Part shown: positions 26,001 to 32,000 of the stretch, piece by piece | How the letters are laid out: each line of letters opens with the position of its first letter | Position numbering within the stretch: position 1 is the first letter of the stretch | Source of the DNA: Candidatus Kuenenia stuttgartensis | GTDB taxonomy: Bacteria > Planctomycetota > Brocadiia > Brocadiales > Brocadiaceae | Length of the DNA stretch: 32,000 nucleotides | Direction: 5' to 3' | NCBI RefSeq assembly: GCF_900232105.1 | Contig: NZ_LT934425.1 | Location: 1,140,001-1,172,000, forward strand | The notes under the pieces: model-generated | Seen by the model: only the letters and a program-made list of their open reading frames with translations | What the model was told of the DNA's origin: nothing | Database searches by the model: none | Made by a program: the position numbers and the translations under genes

Positions 26001-28751
26001 ATGAATTCGTCCCTTTTGTTTAGAAACAGAAAAATTAAAAATCCGCTTTTAAAAAACGTTCACAACCGGCTTGACGAAGCGATTGAAGTCATTAGGGAAA
26101 AAGATCCCGTTTTTTACAAGAATTGCCATAAATTATTTCCCGTTCTTAAGACGCCTGAGCATGTCTGGAAAATACCTTTGGAATTCTACACTGATGGCGG
26201 CGTAAAATTAGTTCTGCGAATAACGGTAGTTTTCCACAATCTTGCCCTTGGCCCGCCTAAAGGTGGTATCTTGTTAATCCCGCCCCATATTCTTGGGGAT
26301 GGCTTTTTTGAACTTTTTGACCAATTACGGAAACAAAAGACATCTCTTGATGAAATACGTGAATTTTGTTTTGAATGGGTCTCTGAGGGAATTGAAGCCC
26401 TTTCCATTGTAACCACGTTAAAACTTGCTCTATATTCCCTCCCGCTTGGTGGAGGAATGTGCGGAATTTTTCTTGGCAAACCGGAATATGACAGGGGAGA
26501 ACTATTTCTTAAATCCATTGACCTGACAAATAATGAAAAAAGGAGATTGGTCAGGGAAGTAGGTTACTTACTTACAAAAGAAGGGATTATGGGGTATGAT
26601 GCATATTCCCCCGGCCCGGACATAGGCACCGATGGCGCAATGATGGATTCTATTGCAGATGGCCATTTCAGGGCATTAACTGAGATGGAAAAAATCAGAG
26701 AAAAAGGGCTTTTGGAAAAATTAAAAAGCATCAGGGATGCTGAGATTGTATGGACAGTAGATTTGCCTTATTTAAAAACAGCAGCGGCGTTTGCAAAGGA
26801 AATAAAAATACCGGCGGAAGCAAAAAGAAGCGTCCCGGAATTGGGCGCCGTTACGTTTAAAACTCACGGCGGATTAGCAGGCAGAGGAGAAGCCACAGCA
26901 TTTGCTGCGGTGGAAATCACGAATATTCTGGTTTGGCACAATGAAGATCCAAAAGACTATTTAAAAGTACGGATTGGAAGGGAAAGAAAGAATTATTTGG
27001 CGGAAAAGACGGTTGTTATTCACGGTTTTGACAACATCGGGTTAAACGCGTCACAGTTCTTTTCACGAAAAGGAGCAAAAGTAGTTGCGGTAAGCGAATA
27101 TGAACGGAGAGAAAAGAAATTAGTGGCGGTGTATAATTATGAGGGGATAGACGTAGATGCGTTAATCAGGCATAAAGAAACATGCGGCGGCATTTATGGC
27201 TTCCGGGGAGCAAGTGTTTATGCCGAACCCTATCAACTACTGAATGAAAAGGTTGACATCGTTTTTCTGGCTGCCATAGAAAACCAGATACACGACCATA
27301 ATGCTGAAAGCATTCAGGCCCGTTATGTTATTTCTGCTGCAAATGCAGGCATCTCCCAGGAAGGGTATCACATACTGATAAAAAAAGGGAAGATTGTTGC
27401 CAGAGATTCCATTGTAAAATCCGGAGGAATTATCGCATCTTACCTTGAAAAAATACAAAATGCCCAGAATGACTACTGGGAAAAAGAATACGTCTTTAAA
27501 GATATTATATCGAGAATCGAAAACGTTTTAAAAAATAATGTATTCAAAAACCTGGTGGAAAAACACTCCATTGATTTATCGGTCGCAGGCGATGTGGCGG
27601 CTATCAAAAGAATCACCAGCACCATGGAGGCAAAAAATGCACCGCAAAAGAAAATGAAAGACAAGAAACCCTTAATAATAGGCATCTTTGATTCCGGACA
27701 GGGCGGGATTATTGTAACGGAAAAACTTAACAGGATACTGCCCGTGGGAAATATAAAACTGCTGCTTTTTACCGACAAGGCGAATTTCCCGTTCGGACAA
27801 AAATCAAAGGAGGAAATAAATGACATCACCTTTCGGGCAGTTCATGAAATAAACGAACGCTGCAAAACCATGCATCAATCAAACGGGTTTTTCTACCGGT
27901 TTATTTATAATACTCCGTACTTTCTTAAAACAGTATTCATCTGGCTGGGGATCATTCCCAGAGACGTCATCGTCTGCTTTGCCTGCAATACGGTGGATAC
28001 CATGGTTAATCATAAAAAATTACGTATCCGTTTTCCACACATGCAATTTATTGGCCCTGTAAAGAAAACATTATTAAAAATAAACGCGCTGCCAAAAGAC
28101 GCAAGGATTGGCATTATTGGCACGGTAGGAACAATAAAAAGCGGCATTTATGAAAAACGTATCAGAGAAGCAGGATACCATGTGTTGGCAAAGCCAACCC
28201 CATTACTGGCGGTCTTATCGGAAATGTTATACAAAAAAAGCTTTGATACGGAAGAAAAACAAAAGGAATTTTACAAAACAGCAAGAGACCTCATCTATGT
28301 AAATTTAAAAGAATTTATAAAAAAAAATACTATTTCTCACCTGTGTCTTGCCTGCACGCATTACGATTATTTAAAAAGCACACTAAAAGACCTCTTCGGC
28401 GAAGTGGAATTTATCAGCACGGTGGAAACCGTAATTGAAGAAGTCCAGGACATCATAAATCAGATACCATTGCAAATGGGGGAGCGGGAACTGGAATTTA
28501 TAAAAAGGGCAAGAAAAGGGAAAGATTTAGACCGCCTGATCCTTGAAGATATTATTTCCTCCCAAAACCTGTCCCCGGAAGAAAAGGTAAAATTAGGAGA
28601 CAGGGAAGACCAAATCAAAAACATACTGCAAAATAAATTAGAGGGAATTACGGCTGATGAAATTGAAGAAATGAAGTTTTTTGATAGTAATAGTGTTAAA
28701 GTAAAATATAACGGAAAGGAAAGGCTCGTAAGCCTTTTTCATTTGCAGTAA
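26001..28751 (+). CDS. Fusion protein: glutamate dehydrogenase-like domain (N) + glutamate racemase-like domain (C)
   Basis: N half: 'FHNLALGPPKGGI', 'LKLALYSLPLGGGMCG', 'YSPGPDIGTDGAMMD', 'KTHGGLAGRGEATAF', 'VIHGFDNIGLNASQFFSRKGAKVVAVSE'. C half: 'IIGIFDSGQGGIIVTEKL', 'TDKANFPFGQKS', 'VCFACNTVDTM', 'IGIIGTVGTIKSGIY', 'CLACTHYDYL'. One uninterrupted ORF. Confidence 0.88.
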   Translation: MNSSLLFRNRKIKNPLLKNVHNRLDEAIEVIREKDPVFYKNCHKLFPVLKTPEHVWKIPLEFYTDGGVKLVLRITVVFHNLALGPPKGGILLIPPHILGDGFFELFDQLRKQKTSLDEIREFCFEWVSEGIEALSIVTTLKLALYSLPLGGGMCGIFLGKPEYDRGELFLKSIDLTNNEKRRLVREVGYLLTKEGIMGYDAYSPGPDIGTDGAMMDSIADGHFRALTEMEKIREKGLLEKLKSIRDAEIVWTVDLPYLKTAAAFAKEIKIPAEAKRSVPELGAVTFKTHGGLAGRGEATAFAAVEITNILVWHNEDPKDYLKVRIGRERKNYLAEKTVVIHGFDNIGLNASQFFSRKGAKVVAVSEYERREKKLVAVYNYEGIDVDALIRHKETCGGIYGFRGASVYAEPYQLLNEKVDIVFLAAIENQIHDHNAESIQARYVISAANAGISQEGYHILIKKGKIVARDSIVKSGGIIASYLEKIQNAQNDYWEKEYVFKDIISRIENVLKNNVFKNLVEKHSIDLSVAGDVAAIKRITSTMEAKNAPQKKMKDKKPLIIGIFDSGQGGIIVTEKLNRILPVGNIKLLLFTDKANFPFGQKSKEEINDITFRAVHEINERCKTMHQSNGFFYRFIYNTPYFLKTVFIWLGIIPRDVIVCFACNTVDTMVNHKKLRIRFPHMQFIGPVKKTLLKINALPKDARIGIIGTVGTIKSGIYEKRIREAGYHVLAKPTPLLAVLSEMLYKKSFDTEEKQKEFYKTARDLIYVNLKEFIKKNTISHLCLACTHYDYLKSTLKDLFGEVEFISTVETVIEEVQDIINQIPLQMGERELEFIKRARKGKDLDRLILEDIISSQNLSPEEKVKLGDREDQIKNILQNKLEGITADEIEEMKFFDSNSVKVKYNGKERLVSLFHLQ

Positions 28752-28809
28752 ACAAAAACTGCAAAAAAAACAGTAACTATTAAGCGTAAACATTACACGA
28801 CTACCGGCG

Positions 28810-28844
28810 GGTTCAGGTTTGTAAACCAATGTCATTAAGTTAAG
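28810..28844. repeat. Left arm of a 35-bp inverted repeat flanking the IS4-type element
   Basis: GGTTCAGGTTTGTAAACCAATGTCATTAAGTTAAG; near-perfect reverse complement of 31435-31469. Confidence 0.75.
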
Positions 28845-28888
28845 AATTATTGTAACACTTTGATTTTAAAAAAAACGTATTACCGATA

Positions 28889-28947
28889 AGCTACGTAGGA
28901 GCGGCCTGTCTTCCTGTCAATCATATACAGGCCGTTCCTACGTAGCT
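28889..28947. repeat. Large hairpin AGCTACGTAGGAGCGGCCTGT / ACAGGCCGTTCCTACGTAGCT
   Basis: 21-bp arms with one mismatch, 17-nt loop; downstream of the GDH/racemase fusion gene. Confidence 0.85.
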
Positions 28948-29113
28948 ATTTACCTGTTGAATTTTATTGCGCTACAAACAGACCGCCCCTAAAGGGGCTA
29001 CATTGTTTTTTATGTCCCCTTGGATTTTTCAAATAACTAAGGTGCTATGAATTATTTGATCAAAAACAACCCCCCTTTTCCCCCCTTAATAAACTGGGGA
29101 TGACCCATATTTT

Positions 29114-31345
29114 TTGCTGGACACCGTGTTAACCGTATGTTACACTGTGTACATGCATAGAGTAGGAGGTCGAATATTTTCAGATGATGTAATAAAGCGT
29201 TTATCAGAAACTATCCAAAAGGAACCGTGCCTATCGCGTCGTAAACTGTCGCGTCTGGTATGCGAATGGATGGACTGGCGGAATCAAGCGGGCCGTTTGC
29301 AAGAGATGAGTTGTCGCAAGGCGTTGTTGGAATTGGATCGTCGTAAAGAGATCAATCTTCCAAAGGTGAACAGGCATTATGCATTTCAAAAAGTCAATAA
29401 ACCTGCGGAGGCGCCTCCGATTGCGGAAGTGTCATGCGAGCTAGCGGAGTTGGGTGACGTAGAGATTATACGGGTTACAACGAGAATCCATTCGAAACTT
29501 TGGCGTAGCATGTTAGAAGCGCATCATTATCTTGGAAGTGGGCCCCTATGCGGGGCGCAACTTCGGTATCTTGTACGCAGTGAACATTACGGATGGATAG
29601 GAGGGCTAAGTTATAGTGCCTGTGCCAGACGGGTGGAAAGTCGCGACGAGTGGATAGGATGGACGGAGGAAGCACGTAAGCGGAATCATACGTTTGTTAT
29701 CAATAACAGTAGGTATTTAATAGCGCCTACGGTAAGAGTAAAATGTTTGGCATCGCATGTATTGGCAAAATGCCAAACACGTTTGGTAGATGATTGGGAA
29801 AGAGTGTATAAATATCGTCCTGTACTTTTAGAAACCTATGTGGAACGAGGACGGTTTTCCGGAAGCTGTTATCGGGCAGCTAACTGGAAGTATGTAGGAG
29901 GCACGGAAGGTCGAGGACGAAAAGGAACAGGTGCAACGGTCAAAGACGTTTATGTTATGCCGTTGCAAAAGAAATGGCAGGCGGTGTTGTGTTGTTGTGC
30001 CGATGGCAAAGTACATGTTCGCCAAAGAGTGGCACAAAAAGAGCCTCGGGATTGGATAGAAGCGGAACTTGGAGGAACAAAATTGGGCGATGCACGATTG
30101 ACCTCAAGACTTTTAGAAATGACAGGTATGTTTTATGACAAACCTTTGGCAAACATTCCGCAGGCGTGCGGCTCAGTCAGTGCGACTAAGGCTGCATACC
30201 GATTCCTTGACAATGAGAATGTAGATTGGAAGGCGATATTGCAAGCTCATTATGAGGCCACGGAAGAGCGTGTGAAGGAGAATAGTTTGGTTTTGGTAGC
30301 GCAAGATACTACGACTCTGAATTATAGCACACATCCGAATACGCAGGGGTTAGGGCCGATAGGTACTAAGAGTAAAAAAGTTCGTGGACTGATGGTGCAT
30401 GATACGATGGCGTTTACTGAAAGTGGCACACCCTTGGGACTTCTGAATGTGCAATGCTGGGCGCGGGACGGAATAGGCAGCAAACATGAACGACACAAGA
30501 AGCCTATCGAAGAGAAGGAAAGCTGGAAATGGGTGGAGAGTTACCATGCAGTATCGCAAGTACAGAAACGCTGTCGAAACAAATCTTTGCTGGTGGTTGT
30601 GGCAGATCGTGAGGCCGATATTCACGAGGTATTCGCTGAGCAGTATAATACGCCTGATGGCGCTCAGTTGCTGATCCGTGCAGAACGTTCGCGCAATAGA
30701 AAGGTTGTTGATGATAAAGAATCATGCGAGTTTTTGTGGACTAAACTGGAACAGCAACCGGCGATGCCTGTTACGCTACGCCCACCTATGCTAAAAAAGA
30801 ATATGCCTGCGGTCAGGGTGTGGGCGGTGCTGGCGCAGGAAGTCAATCCGCCTATCGGAATTGATGGGTTAGAATGGATGCTGTTAACCACAGTTGCGGT
30901 TAAGCAAGAAAAAGATGCTTACGAACGTTTGGAATGGTATGCTCGCCGATGGGGTATTGAGTGTTATCATCGTATTATCAAGAGCGGTTGTCGTGTCGAG
31001 GCCCGGCAGTTGGAGAGTGCTCGTCGTCTATGCAACGCTTTGGCCATTGATATGATTATAGCTTGGCGTATCCATTACCTGACTACTTTAGGACAAGAAA
31101 CACCTGATGTCCCTTGTACTGTCTACTTCAGCGATTCTGAATGGAAAGCATTGACAACTTTTGCGAACAAGGTCAAGGAGCCTCCTGATTTACCTCCAAG
31201 CCTCAATGATGCCGTGCGGCTTTTAGGTAAACTTGGCGGTCATCTGGGCCGCCGTGGTGATGGCCATCCCGGAAGTGAAGTACTTTGGCGAGGCATGTCA
31301 CGTTTGGCTGATATTGAAGTTGCTTACGAACTTTACACCACTTAG
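29114..31345 (+). mobile_element. Transposase gene: N-terminal DUF4338 (DruA-like) domain fused to an IS4/Tn5-type DDE transposase; element ends not fixed
   Basis: N part 'LEAHHYLGSGPLCGAQLRYLVRSEHYGWIGGLSYSACARRVESRDEWIGWTEEARKRN...RYLIAPTVRVKCLASHVLAKCQTRLVDDWERVYKYRPVLLETYVE...GSCYRAANWKYVGGTEGRGRK'; C part 'WIEAELGGTKLGDARLTSRLLEM', 'VAQDTTTLNY', 'VVADREADIHEVF', 'YARRWGIECYHRIIKSGCRVE'. Confidence 0.88.
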
Positions 31346-31452
31346 CCTTCAGCTCAATTGGCCGTACAACTACGGTGCTCTTGAAATTTGTGGGTAAAGA
31401 TTAGCTTTATTAAGGGGGACTTTTGCGGCCGTTTGCTTAACTTAATGACATT

Positions 31453-31625
31453 GGTTTGCAACCTGAACCCATGAGTTTATACGGATAATGGAGCTATATA
31501 CTGCAGTAAAATTCCAATGCCCAAATCACAAAATCCCTGTTTGGAATCCGGAATTTATTTTTCATTTGTTCTGCCAATAGAATGCGGGATTGAAAGTATA
31601 AAATGTTTGGTTCAGGTTACAAACC
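31453..31625. repeat. MITE-like short element, copy B
   Basis: Starts GGTTTGCAACCTGAACC, ends GGTTCAGGTTACAAACC; 173 bp, internal similarity to 10600-10765 ('gtaaaattccaatgcc..aaatcacaaaatc..tgtttggaat', 'ttctgcca'). Confidence 0.78.
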
Positions 31626-31730
31626 TGATAATCATATAGAAGGCACCTCCGAGCGCACTCTTCATGGTAAAATGGAGGATACCGTGAAAGGCGATTGTTA
31701 AATAATAACAAAGTAAGGAGGGAGCGAGCA

Positions 31731-32000
31731 ATGGGATATTTCGTAGGAATAGATTTACATGGTGATAATAATTATATTGGAATACTCGATGAGGAGGATC
31801 GGAAGGTATTCAAGAGGAGAAACCGTAATGACATCAATGAAATAAAGCGCGTATTAGAGCCATACAAAAAAGAAATAAAGGGTATAGTAGTAGAATCGAC
31901 CTTTAACTGGTACTGGATAGTGGATGGTCTGATGGAGGCAGGCTATCAGGTACACCTGGCAAATACATCGGCAATGCAGCAGTATGAGGGATTAAAGTAC
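31731..32000 (+). CDS. IS110-family transposase, N-terminal part (continues beyond window)
   Basis: 'MGYFVGIDLHGDNNYIGILDEEDRKVFKRRNRNDINEIKRVLEPYKKEIKGIVVESTFNWYWIVDGLMEAGYQVHLANTSAMQQYEGLKY', the typical IS110 DEDD N-terminal region. Confidence 0.88.
   Translation, partial: MGYFVGIDLHGDNNYIGILDEEDRKVFKRRNRNDINEIKRVLEPYKKEIKGIVVESTFNWYWIVDGLMEAGYQVHLANTSAMQQYEGLKY

Noticed and set aside
20294-31345. DUF1016 nuclease plus DruA-like domain interpreted as a defence island
   Set aside because: The DUF1016 gene is broken by two stops, the DruA-like domain is part of a transposase, and the intervening genes are argG, CBS, radical SAM and the GDH/racemase fusion. No helicase, DruB-E or other Druantia partners are present.

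Overview
32 kb window that looks like a chromosomal contig from an anammox-type planctomycete. That is an inference from gene style and the nitrite/formate transporter context; no marker gene proves it. From left to right it contains: (1) a glucan/trehalose operon (treZ C-terminus, GH57 protein, malQ, treY), with a 3'-truncated REP-associated Y1 transposase and two identical palindromes inserted between GH57 and malQ; (2) hisB and a PQQ-like beta-propeller protein; (3) on the minus strand, a FocA/NirC-type transporter, a membrane coiled-coil protein, a double-Cache + PAS-PAS sensor split at a 10-nt homopolymer, an HPP-family membrane gene with a frameshift and an in-frame TAG, a sigma54 response regulator and a histidine kinase; (4) a DUF1016/YhcG-type nuclease pseudogene, a B12-type radical SAM protein, argG and a CBS-domain protein; (5) a 916-aa fusion of a glutamate-dehydrogenase-like domain to a glutamate-racemase-like domain; (6) a mobile-element pile-up: a DUF4338(DruA)-IS4-type transposase fusion, a short TIR-bearing repeat and the 5' end of an IS110-family element. 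The most interesting items are the GDH-like/MurI-like fusion, whose GDH half has lost the usual catalytic Lys and has an altered Rossmann motif, and the HPP + FocA + duplicated-sensor + two-component cluster as a possible nitrite uptake/sensing locus. Next are the DruA-transposase fusion and a family of short repeats with inverted ends that recurs in the window. No CRISPR array or convincing complete defence system was found. Protein identities are from motif recognition only; no database search was run.
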